A stretch of DNA of 59,923 nt, the filler included. It is 5 parts of 5 records of this genome, joined end to end, with 100 filler letters (N's around TTAATTAATTAA, not from the genome) between each part and the next. Parts side by side here need not be neighbours in the genome. Positions count along the whole stretch, not along the records: positions 38,949 to 46,573 come from SRR22947727_591; positions 46,674 to 53,634 come from SRR22947727_596; 3 more parts are not named here. One strand, 5' to 3'. The position numbers were made by a program, and so were the translations under genes. This document shows, piece after piece, positions 41,066-49,286 of the stretch. Below the pieces are notes generated by a model. It ran no database searches. It had not been told where the DNA came from and saw only the letters and a program-made list of their open reading frames with translations. Within the stretch, counting starts at the first letter, position 1. Each line of letters begins with the position of its first letter.

Positions 41066-42340
41066 TCACTCAGGCCGGCGTGGGAAGCGGTTTGCTCCCG
41101 GATCAAAATTCAACTTTTTCGGCTTTGGAGTGATCTCCTCCATTGGCTGCGCATCGGGCTCTTCGTTTGTTCTACGCGATTCATCGTCTGGCAAGAGCTC
41201 GGTCAGATCGGGATCCGATTCAGGCTTTGGATTTACGATCGGGCGGGCGATGATTGGAGTGGCTCGCAACGGGGCGCGAGAAGCATCGGGCTTCGTCGGT
41301 TTTACAGGTGGTTTTGATGAAGCGACTGCCGGTTTATCACGCGAGATTTTCTTAACAGGTGGAAGGCCAGTCGCAGTTTTCAGCGGCGCTGGGTCGACTT
41401 TTACAATCGGTTTAAGCGGAAGTTTCGAATCAGGCTTCAGAGCCGGGGCTTCCGGTTCGGTTGGCCCAACTGGCCTTGGCGCAACTGCAGCGACTGATGA
41501 TCCTCCAGCAGCTTCCACCGCAGTCATTCTGGGCGTGCCGTTGTCTACGGGCTTCGCAACGATAGGAGTATGTGTCGCTGCCGTATTTGGCTTTTCAGGC
41601 TTTTCATCACCATTTCTGATCTCTGGCTCGACAACTGGTTTCTTGATCTCAGTAGGCTCGACTTTCGGTGGGGCAATCACTGCGATTTGAGCAGGGGACT
41701 TGGTTTCTTGCGGGGCAGGAGTCTCGGCGATCGTCGGAGTTGGAACTTCTGGTTCCGGTGCTTCTTCGACCGGAGAGGGTTTCACCGATTTTTCAGCAAG
41801 CGGATTGGCCTGAATCTCACTGGTTCCATTCGATTTGGCAGCGGCACCAGTGTTCTCTTTCAGTTCATTCGCATTTTTTGCGATTACCTTTGCAACGTCT
41901 TCTGGGTTCTCTGCGTTGTAACCGAGAAAATAAAAGGTTGGGATGGCGATAAGTAGCACTCCTAAAATCATTCCAAGGAAAATTGGGGCACCACCTGGTT
42001 TCTCAGTGCGGCGTTTTCGCTTCACGGATCTAGAATTCATGGCCGATCCCATTGGCTCGATCGATTCGTGAGAATCGGACAGCAAACTGTTTCCATGCAA
42101 GTTGACCGCGTTGTTTCCTTTAAAGACGGAAAGCGCCTCCGAAGCGTCAATATCGAGGTGGCGGCTATAAAGCTGAAGGAAACTTTTGGCGTAGGTGATA
42201 CTCGCGAATCCCGAGTAATCATCTGATTCCAAGGCACGGACGAAGTTCGAGTGTATGCGTGTCTTGTGGGCAAGATCCTCGATGGATAGCCCTTTATCTT
42301 CGCGTGCAGCGCGCAATTGCTGACCGATGGTCAATGCCAT
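41066..42340 (-). CDS. RodZ-like HTH membrane protein with long Pro/Ala/Lys-rich C-terminus
   Basis: IGQQLRAARE..GLSIEDLA..TRI...ALESDDY...YAKSFLQLYS HTH; single TM; downstream of ftsK. Confidence 0.8.
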   Translation of the reverse strand: MALTIGQQLRAAREDKGLSIEDLAHKTRIHSNFVRALESDDYSGFASITYAKSFLQLYSRHLDIDASEALSVFKGNNAVNLHGNSLLSDSHESIEPMGSAMNSRSVKRKRRTEKPGGAPIFLGMILGVLLIAIPTFYFLGYNAENPEDVAKVIAKNANELKENTGAAAKSNGTSEIQANPLAEKSVKPSPVEEAPEPEVPTPTIAETPAPQETKSPAQIAVIAPPKVEPTEIKKPVVEPEIRNGDEKPEKPNTAATHTPIVAKPVDNGTPRMTAVEAAGGSSVAAVAPRPVGPTEPEAPALKPDSKLPLKPIVKVDPAPLKTATGLPPVKKISRDKPAVASSKPPVKPTKPDASRAPLRATPIIARPIVNPKPESDPDLTELLPDDESRRTNEEPDAQPMEEITPKPKKLNFDPGANRFPRRPE

Positions 42341-42396
42341 TTCCCAAATTCGTTTTTAAGTCTAACCCCAACAGTTACAATCCACTGGGGGAAATG

Positions 42397-44949
42397 CTAC
42401 TCAAAATCGTCTGAAAGATCGCCCAATATTTCACGCGGTTTTGCGCCGTCTCCGGGAGCAATGATTCCGCGTTGTTCCAAAATATCCATCACTCGGGCAG
42501 CACGATTGTAACCAAGTCTTAGACGCCTTTGCAGGTGAGACGTTGAAGCTTTTTTATCGGCGTAGATGATTTCGAGACATTTCTCGATCAATTCTTCTTC
42601 TGCTTCGGTCACGTCTTCATCGCCGGAACCGCCGGATTCAATCTGTTCCTGTGCATCGGGAGCAAACTGGGGCTCGCCCTGAGCTGCGCAGGCATCGACA
42701 ATGGATTGTGCCTCTTCGTCGGAAAGAAATGCACCCTGAGCGCGGATAAGCTGGGCGCTACCAGGAGGAAGGAAGAGCATGTCACCCTTACCAACGAGAT
42801 TTTCCGCACCGGAATTGTCCAAAATGACTCGGGAATCGATTTTTGATGAAACCTGAAACGCGACACGGGAAGGAATGTTCGCTTTGATGACACCAGTAAC
42901 AACGTCAGCCCGCGGGGTCTGCGTCGCGACGATCAGGTGAATTCCAGCTGCACGGGCTTTCTGAGCGATCCGGGAAATACCGGTCTCAACGTCCGCCGGA
43001 GCGGTCTGCATGAGGTCAGCAAGCTCGTCAATGATCACCACGATGTATGGCAACGTATGCGCCATGTCTTCGCTCTCTTCGAAAGCTTTGGCTCGCTCAG
43101 AGGCTGGTGTCACATTCCGGGTTCCAGTGAGATCATCTTTACCCAGAGCACCGTCATCAATTACATCATCACCGATTTTCACATGATGTGTCGCCAATTC
43201 TTCTTCGAGCTTTTCAGCCATTTCCGAATCAGCGCTCTCCTGCTGCTTTTTGCGGACCAAACCGTTGAAACCATCGAAATTTCGCGAGCCATATTTCGCG
43301 AACACCTTGTAACGGCGCTCCATTTCGTTGATAACCCACCGAAGCGCGAGGAGCACTTTTTTCGGATCAGTCACCACCGGAACCACCATGTGTGGCAGTG
43401 AGTTGTAGAGTTGCATTTCAACCACCTTCGGGTCGATCATGATGAACTTCAGATCATCCGGCGAGAAGCGGAACAGCAAACTCGCAATGATGCTGTTGAT
43501 ACAGACACTTTTACCGGAACCAGTCGCGCCAGCGACGAGGAGGTGAGGCATTTTCGCCAGATCACCAACAATCGTCCGGCCGTAAACGTCTTTGCCAAGT
43601 GCCAATGGCAGCTTGTGATCCGACTTGCGAAAAGCATCGTCTTCGAACAACTCGCGAAGCGCCACAACCACTTTGTCCGAGTTGGCGATTTCGATACCCA
43701 CGGTGTCTTTACCAGGAATCGGAGCCAGGATATTAATTCGCTCAGCACGCGTCGCGCGGGCCAAATCAGCCTCCAGTGCGGTGATTTTATTTACTCGCAG
43801 GCCCGGTTTTGGATAAACTTCGTATCGAGTAATCGTCGGACCTTTTGTGATGTCACCCGGCTTCACTTCAACTCCAAAGGTATCGAGCGTGCTGACGATC
43901 ATCTTCTGTGTGTCCATCAGAACCGCGTGATCAGTTGCCGACTCTTCGTTTTCTTCCGGGTATTCCAAAAGATAGAGTGTTGGCAACTGATAGCCATCAA
44001 AACGCCGGCCTTGATTCAATGGGCAGGCAATTTCTTCTACCACCTTCATAGCAGATTCCTCACCCCGCTTTTTCCGCTGAGACGCGTCAATAATCTGTGG
44101 CGGGGGTGTGTCTGCTTCGAGTGGGAGCATTCCCTGGACCCCATCTTCATCGGTTACCGGGTCTTTTTTCGGAACGGACTGAGGCTTTTTACGAGGGCCC
44201 GTCGCACTGGCTCGTGCGGTGGGAGCCGGATTGTAAGTTTCCTCGGCGGCAGCGTCGTTGTAAAAACGGCGCTCTTCCATTTTCTGGGCGATTCGACTGC
44301 GAACCAGCTTCGCAAACTGAAACGGATGAATTCCCGTGAGAATAATCAACGAGATAAAATAGCCGATCACCATGATCAAGAATGAGCCGACGGTGCCCAT
44401 AAAACGTTCAAAAACTCCAGCGCCAATCCCATAGCCGATGAAGCCACCCGAGCTGCTTGGCAGATTATATCGAAGCGGCCAGTCGTTGAAAAAAAACGTC
44501 TGGTATTCGATCAAACAAGCCGCGGCAGAAATCAGGGCGAGTAACGCTCCGACATTTCGAAGGTTAAATACCCGCGCACCGGTCAAGACTTGGACACCCC
44601 ACCAAGCGATAATCGCTGGAATCAAATAACACGCTGCGCCGAAGAAAAAGTAGGCATAGCCAGCCATCACTGCCCCCATAGGCCCGATAAAATTGTTCAA
44701 AACCTCGTCGCTCCCGGCCGTCATCGAAAATGGAACCCAACTCGGAAGATCTCGCGGAGAATACGAAACCAACGCCAGAAAAAACATGATTGCCAGTCCT
44801 CCCAAGGCGATCGCGATACCCTCATGATAAGGGTAAGGACCTGCCGGGGCATCCTGAGAACGCTTCGGTTTTGCGGTCCGCTTTCGACTCGTAGGCGCAC
44901 TCGCCCGCTTTTTCGGGGGAGTCTTGCTTTGGGAAGTCTTAGCGGCCAT
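42397..44949 (-). CDS. ftsK: DNA translocase FtsK
   Basis: 4TM N-terminus, MPHLLVAGATGSGKS, IDPK..E, IIDELADLM, ATQTP, LVGKGDML, gamma domain LQRRLRLGYNRAAR. Confidence 0.97.
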   Translation of the reverse strand: MAAKTSQSKTPPKKRASAPTSRKRTAKPKRSQDAPAGPYPYHEGIAIALGGLAIMFFLALVSYSPRDLPSWVPFSMTAGSDEVLNNFIGPMGAVMAGYAYFFFGAACYLIPAIIAWWGVQVLTGARVFNLRNVGALLALISAAACLIEYQTFFFNDWPLRYNLPSSSGGFIGYGIGAGVFERFMGTVGSFLIMVIGYFISLIILTGIHPFQFAKLVRSRIAQKMEERRFYNDAAAEETYNPAPTARASATGPRKKPQSVPKKDPVTDEDGVQGMLPLEADTPPPQIIDASQRKKRGEESAMKVVEEIACPLNQGRRFDGYQLPTLYLLEYPEENEESATDHAVLMDTQKMIVSTLDTFGVEVKPGDITKGPTITRYEVYPKPGLRVNKITALEADLARATRAERINILAPIPGKDTVGIEIANSDKVVVALRELFEDDAFRKSDHKLPLALGKDVYGRTIVGDLAKMPHLLVAGATGSGKSVCINSIIASLLFRFSPDDLKFIMIDPKVVEMQLYNSLPHMVVPVVTDPKKVLLALRWVINEMERRYKVFAKYGSRNFDGFNGLVRKKQQESADSEMAEKLEEELATHHVKIGDDVIDDGALGKDDLTGTRNVTPASERAKAFEESEDMAHTLPYIVVIIDELADLMQTAPADVETGISRIAQKARAAGIHLIVATQTPRADVVTGVIKANIPSRVAFQVSSKIDSRVILDNSGAENLVGKGDMLFLPPGSAQLIRAQGAFLSDEEAQSIVDACAAQGEPQFAPDAQEQIESGGSGDEDVTEAEEELIEKCLEIIYADKKASTSHLQRRLRLGYNRAARVMDILEQRGIIAPGDGAKPREILGDLSDDFE

Positions 44950-45081
44950 GATGGGAAGAATTGCAAAAAAGCGGTCTGAAAATTATAAAAACCGGAACAA
45001 ACGTGTATTTCGGAACAAAAATAATAACCGTAGCCACTATTTAGTTCAACGAATATCTTAGATCTCTTAAATATTTTTAAT

Positions 45082-45741
45082 ATGGCCCCTCATCGCACCA
45101 TTGTCGTTTTCCTGAAATTTCCCGTGGCTGGGAGGGTAAAAACCCGTCTCGCAGCCGGTTTGGAAGGCGAGGATTCCGGCGAGCAAGCGGCGACAATTTA
45201 CCAATCGCTTGTTTCAAATGTGCTCAAAGTCCTTTCGCAGTCTGATTTCGACGAGCTTCGCGTGACCTACGATCCGCCTAAAGCTGAGGCTAAAACGCGG
45301 GAGTGGCTCAAGCCCGATTTGGATCAATTCCCCGAATCGATCGCGATTACCTTTCATCCGCAATCGCAGGGAGATCTGGGTGATCGACTTCAAACCGCGG
45401 TTCACGGAGCGTTGAATGACTCCCCGGATGGATTTTCCGCAGCGATTGGAACCGATTGCGTGGAAATCACTCCATCGACAATTTCAGAAACCTGGGCCGC
45501 TTTGGAAAAACAGGATCTTGTATTTGGCCCAACCTTTGATGGCGGCTACTACCTTGTAGGAGCGCGCAGCCTCGCGCCCGAAATCTTCACCGATATTCCG
45601 TGGAGTAGTGAAGAGACGCTTTCAGAGAGCCTGAAAAGGGCTCAATCAGCCGGAAAAGATGTCGCGTTGCTCAATAAGCGAAATGACGTGGATACCATCG
45701 AGGATTGGGAGCGTGCTAAAAAGCATTTGGGAATCGAATAA
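45082..45741 (+). CDS. DUF2064 / TIGR04282-family glycosyltransferase-like protein
   Basis: KFPVAGRVKTRL, QSQGDLGDRL, IGTDC, GPTFDGGYYLVG, IPWSS, DVDTIEDW. Confidence 0.88.
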   Translation: MAPHRTIVVFLKFPVAGRVKTRLAAGLEGEDSGEQAATIYQSLVSNVLKVLSQSDFDELRVTYDPPKAEAKTREWLKPDLDQFPESIAITFHPQSQGDLGDRLQTAVHGALNDSPDGFSAAIGTDCVEITPSTISETWAALEKQDLVFGPTFDGGYYLVGARSLAPEIFTDIPWSSEETLSESLKRAQSAGKDVALLNKRNDVDTIEDWERAKKHLGIE

Positions 45742-45788
45742 GGGCAAAAACGATTGAAGTTCCCAATCAGATTCTTCACTCTGTTGAA

Positions 45789-46535
45789 ATGAATCCTAAA
45801 ATTGCAGCATCGGCTTTACTGCTCATCGGCAGCTTGTTTTTGCAATCGTGCAGCCAGAAAGACACCGGACCAAAAACCACCGTCGAAATTACCTTTCTCG
45901 AGGAAGTGGAAGACACAAAACTGATGGAGACATGGCTTCGGGATTTTGTGAAAGAGACCAATCGTAAAAAAGGAAATGTCGAGGTTGTATCTGGCGGGAA
46001 AGCTCTCACCATTGAAATTCCTTTGTCTGCCCTGGGAGAAGTTCGGGCAGCTTTGGAATCGTGGGAAGGTCTCAAAGCCACCGGACTTGGGATGCACGCC
46101 GCGAAAAAAGGAACTCAGGAAGAAGCGAAAGCGATCGCCATGGGGACAAAAACAATTACTGATCACACTGCGCTGCCGTATCGCGACCGGCCTGGTGAAT
46201 ACCTGATCATAAAATCAACCTCCGTGATTACCTCGAAGGAAATAAAATCGGCGCGGCATTTGCATGGTTCAAACGGCTGGGAGATCATTGTAGATTTCTC
46301 ACCAACCGGAGCGAAAAAAATGCTCGCGTTCACAACCGCGAATCGAAACAAATTGGTCGCGATCGTTTTGAATGATCACGTTTTAAGTGCCCCGAACATC
46401 AATGAGCCCTTTAGCAACGGATGCCGAATTACAGGAAACTTCACGGAGAAAGAAGCACGAGCACTGGCAACAGGCTTCAATGATCCGCCGCCTTCAAAAT
46501 ACAAGGTTTCGCCAAAGGCAGTTCCAGCACCGTAA
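45789..46535 (+). CDS. Putative lipoprotein carrying a SecDF P1 head subdomain
   Basis: Lipobox-like LFLQS-C; C-terminal F..TGAKKM..FT..N..KLVAIVLNDHVLSAPNINEPF..G..ITGNFTEKEARALA; no SecD TM bundle. Confidence 0.75.
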   Translation: MNPKIAASALLLIGSLFLQSCSQKDTGPKTTVEITFLEEVEDTKLMETWLRDFVKETNRKKGNVEVVSGGKALTIEIPLSALGEVRAALESWEGLKATGLGMHAAKKGTQEEAKAIAMGTKTITDHTALPYRDRPGEYLIIKSTSVITSKEIKSARHLHGSNGWEIIVDFSPTGAKKMLAFTTANRNKLVAIVLNDHVLSAPNINEPFSNGCRITGNFTEKEARALATGFNDPPPSKYKVSPKAVPAP

Positions 46536-46573
46536 AGTGTGCCTTTCGAACCAACAGGGTCTGTTCGATGAAC

Positions 46574-46673
46574 NNNNNNNNNNNNNNNNNNNNNNNNNNN
46601 NNNNNNNNNNNNNNNNNTTAATTAATTAANNNNNNNNNNNNNNNNNNNNNNNNNNNNNNNNNNNNNNNNNNNN
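46574..46673. other. Artificial contig linker
   Basis: N44-TTAATTAATTAA-N44. Confidence 0.99.
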
Positions 46674-46769
46674 CCTCTTGCCTGAGGGTGAGTGCCGTGC
46701 GACGAAGGCACCATGCAACTATTTGAAAGGGAGTTAAAATAATGAAAGTTTTGAATTATATCTCTCGAT

Positions 46770-46853
46770 ATGCGTGTTGTGGCAATCAAGGCGCTGCGTC
46801 CTAACGCATTTGTCGCCGGGCTTGTTTTGCCCTCTGCCCCGCCCAAACTTTAG
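46770..46853 (+). CDS. Candidate 27-aa leader peptide MRVVAIKALRPNAFVAGLVLPSAPPKL
   Basis: Hand translation, ATG 46770 to TAG 46853; no SD, follows an AT-rich promoter-like tract; ends 106 nt upstream of the DUF1127-like gene. Confidence 0.5.
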   Translation: MRVVAIKALRPNAFVAGLVLPSAPPKL

Positions 46854-46959
46854 GGCCCAACCCTCATAATTCCATCCCATTTACACGCCACCGGCCCTCG
46901 GCCGCGGCTGTCTATTTTACAATATTGAGCGTGGCTTCTGCCCGTTCAGGAGATATATC

Positions 46960-47172
46960 ATGACACTTATTGAACGCGACCACCTCTTGGCCCATATTCA
47001 AGACTTGATCAGAGACCACGGAACTCTTCGGGTCTTGGGCCAAATCCTCAAACTCAAATTAATGCGGCGCAGAACCAAGCGGGCCAAGCATTTGCCCGTG
47101 AACCCGCATATGCGACGCGACATCGGGTCGCCCCCTGCGCATAAACCGCACGATCCGTTCAAGTTTCTCTAA
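46960..47172 (+). CDS. Small Arg-rich DUF1127-like protein
   Basis: AGGAG RBS; basic segment followed by NPHMRRDIG(S)PP, resembling the DUF1127 core. Confidence 0.65.
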   Translation: MTLIERDHLLAHIQDLIRDHGTLRVLGQILKLKLMRRRTKRAKHLPVNPHMRRDIGSPPAHKPHDPFKFL

Positions 47173-47230
47173 CGGCCTGGCGCCTCCAAGAGCAATTGCA
47201 ACCCGTCAACGGCTTGGGCATAAGGAGCGC

Positions 47231-48085
47231 ATGTTAGATGACGACACAGAAATTCATCCCCTCTTTGAGGGGGCGCCAAAAACCACTGAGTTCAAAAAGC
47301 TCCGCAAGCGCCTGTTGCGCAACACCCGCGAAGCCATCGAACTTTATGGGATGATTGAGCCAGGCGCGCGCTGGCTGGTCTGCCTATCGGGCGGTAAAGA
47401 CAGCTATACGCTCCTGGCGGTGCTCTATGAATTGAAATGGCGCGGCTTGCTGCCTGTTGACTTGATTGCCTGCAATCTCGACCAAGGTCAGCCGGGCTTT
47501 CCAGCAACCGTTTTGCCTGAGTTCCTTGAGCGCATGCAGGTGCCACATCGCATTGAATACCGCGACACCTATTCGGTTGTGATGGACAAAACACCGGCCG
47601 GGCGCACCTTTTGCGCGCTATGCTCCCGGTTGCGGCGCGCCAATCTGTATCGGATCGCCCGCGAGGAAGGCTGCTCCGCCGTGGTCTTGGGGCATCACCG
47701 CGATGATATTTTAGAGACATTTTTCATGAACCTGTTTCACGGCGGCCGTTTGGCGACAATGCCGCCCAAGCTGGTCAATGAAGATAAAGATCTGTTTTTG
47801 TATCGCCCCCTTGCGCATGTCGCTGAACAAGATTGCGAGGCTTTTGCCAAAGCGATGAATTACCCGATCATCCCCTGTGATCTCTGCGGCAGCCAAGATG
47901 GGTTGCAACGCCAACAGGTCAAGGCCATTTTGGATGGCTGGGAGGCCAATCATCCCGGGCGGCGCAATGTGCTGTTTCGCGCATTGACCAATGCCAGACC
48001 CTCTCATCTTCTTGACAGCAAGTTGTTTGATTTCCTTGGCCTGGCTCTCGATCCGCAGGGCGAGCAAAATCCGCCTGCTGATTAA
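47231..48085 (+). CDS. ttcA: tRNA 2-thiocytidine(32) synthetase
   Basis: SGGKDS PP-loop, [33 protein letters not shown]. Confidence 0.96.
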   Translation: MLDDDTEIHPLFEGAPKTTEFKKLRKRLLRNTREAIELYGMIEPGARWLVCLSGGKDSYTLLAVLYELKWRGLLPVDLIACNLDQGQPGFPATVLPEFLERMQVPHRIEYRDTYSVVMDKTPAGRTFCALCSRLRRANLYRIAREEGCSAVVLGHHRDDILETFFMNLFHGGRLATMPPKLVNEDKDLFLYRPLAHVAEQDCEAFAKAMNYPIIPCDLCGSQDGLQRQQVKAILDGWEANHPGRRNVLFRALTNARPSHLLDSKLFDFLGLALDPQGEQNPPAD

Positions 48086-48138
48086 GCCAATCGTTACCAT
48101 TTGTCCGCTAACTGTCCTGACGACAATGAGGACGACCC

Positions 48139-49179
48139 GTGATCGCTTGGCAAAATCAAACCGCAGGCAGATTGCACAATGGCCTATTATGGGGCCTTGG
48201 TGCACTCTGTGGCATCGCTCTAACAGCCACCTTGGCGCGGATCTTCGCGCCGGAGGCATGGCTATGGGGCGGGATTCTATGTGCCGCGATGGCTGCGCGC
48301 CTACTTCGGGGGGCAGCCGCCAAAACATCGACCATCACCCCACCCAGCGCGCCCGCCTCAAGCAAGAGCCATCTCGCCACCACGCAGGACCTCAATTCCG
48401 CCTTCGATAATCGGGAGATTAGACCGCATTTTCAACCACAGGTCAGCCTCAGCGATGGGCGGATCACCGGCATGGAGGCTTTGGCACGCTGGCACCATCC
48501 AAGCCATGGCATGGTTCCACCGCTGGCATTTTTATCCTCCGTCGCTCAGGCTCAACTTTGGCATAAATTGACCGACACGATACTGCACGACTCCCTAAGC
48601 GCCATGCGCGATTTGGAAGACGCTGGAATTTTCGTCCCGCAAGTCGGCGTCAATTTCGCACAATCGGATCTAGAGCATCCGCAGCTGGTCACCCGAATCC
48701 TATGGGCGCTGGACCAATTCGATCTGCAGCCAAACAGGCTCTCGGTAGAGGTGCTTGAAAATGTCGTAGTGCAGGACGCGCAATCGCCCGTGCGCCACGC
48801 GGTCAATTCTCTGGCCAAGCTTGGATGTCACATTGATCTTGATGATTTTGGCACCGCGCAAAATCCATTCGACTCCCTACGCCAATTGAATATTAACCGA
48901 ATGAAAATTGATCGTTCCTTTGTTTTCAACATCGATAAGGATCCCAAAAAACAAGATCTGCTCGCAGCTGTCGTTCTAATGGCCCAACGCCTAAATCTTG
49001 ACACCATAGCCGAGGGCATTGAAACCGATGCGGAGCGGCGCGTCGTGCAAAAACTTGGCTGCGGCCATGCGCAGGGTTACGGAATCGGCAGGCCGATGCC
49101 CCTTGATCAATTGCAAAATTGGGCTTTGCAATACCAACAAGCGCCCCACCCGCACACATCACCCGCAAAATTGGCATAA
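48139..49179 (+). CDS. Membrane-anchored EAL-domain protein (putative c-di-GMP phosphodiesterase)
   Basis: Two hydrophobic segments, then FQPQ, EALARW, VN, EVLE, DDFGT, KIDRSFV, AEGIE, QGY. Confidence 0.9.
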   Translation: MIAWQNQTAGRLHNGLLWGLGALCGIALTATLARIFAPEAWLWGGILCAAMAARLLRGAAAKTSTITPPSAPASSKSHLATTQDLNSAFDNREIRPHFQPQVSLSDGRITGMEALARWHHPSHGMVPPLAFLSSVAQAQLWHKLTDTILHDSLSAMRDLEDAGIFVPQVGVNFAQSDLEHPQLVTRILWALDQFDLQPNRLSVEVLENVVVQDAQSPVRHAVNSLAKLGCHIDLDDFGTAQNPFDSLRQLNINRMKIDRSFVFNIDKDPKKQDLLAAVVLMAQRLNLDTIAEGIETDAERRVVQKLGCGHAQGYGIGRPMPLDQLQNWALQYQQAPHPHTSPAKLA

Positions 49180-49286
49180 AGGGCGCGAAAAGCCCAGAAA
49201 TCCTCGAATCTACTTGACCTTTTGCCCTGCCGGCGGTTGAACCCCATGTAACCCGATATCGGGCAAATGACGCATGGTGGGCTCAA

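Noticed and set aside
43050..43265. Acidic insertion of about 65 aa in the FtsK motor domain, considered as an intein
   Set aside because: No N-terminal Cys/Ser or C-terminal His-Asn splice motifs; it lies in a loop that is variable in FtsK
43411..44385. 324-aa plus-strand ORF, and similar long ORFs at 42937-43401, 41130-41690, 35502-36041, 50397-51005 and 52796-53452
   Set aside because: Antisense shadows of ftsK, the RodZ-like gene, rpsB, yidC and argB, explained by codon bias; no recognisable motifs
46538..46573. GTG-started fragment MCLSNQQGLFDE with a clamp-binding-like QxxLF, and TGTTC-GAT-GAAC resembling a LexA box
   Set aside because: Only 36 nt before the contig end, and the spacer is 3 nt rather than 4; too little to support either reading
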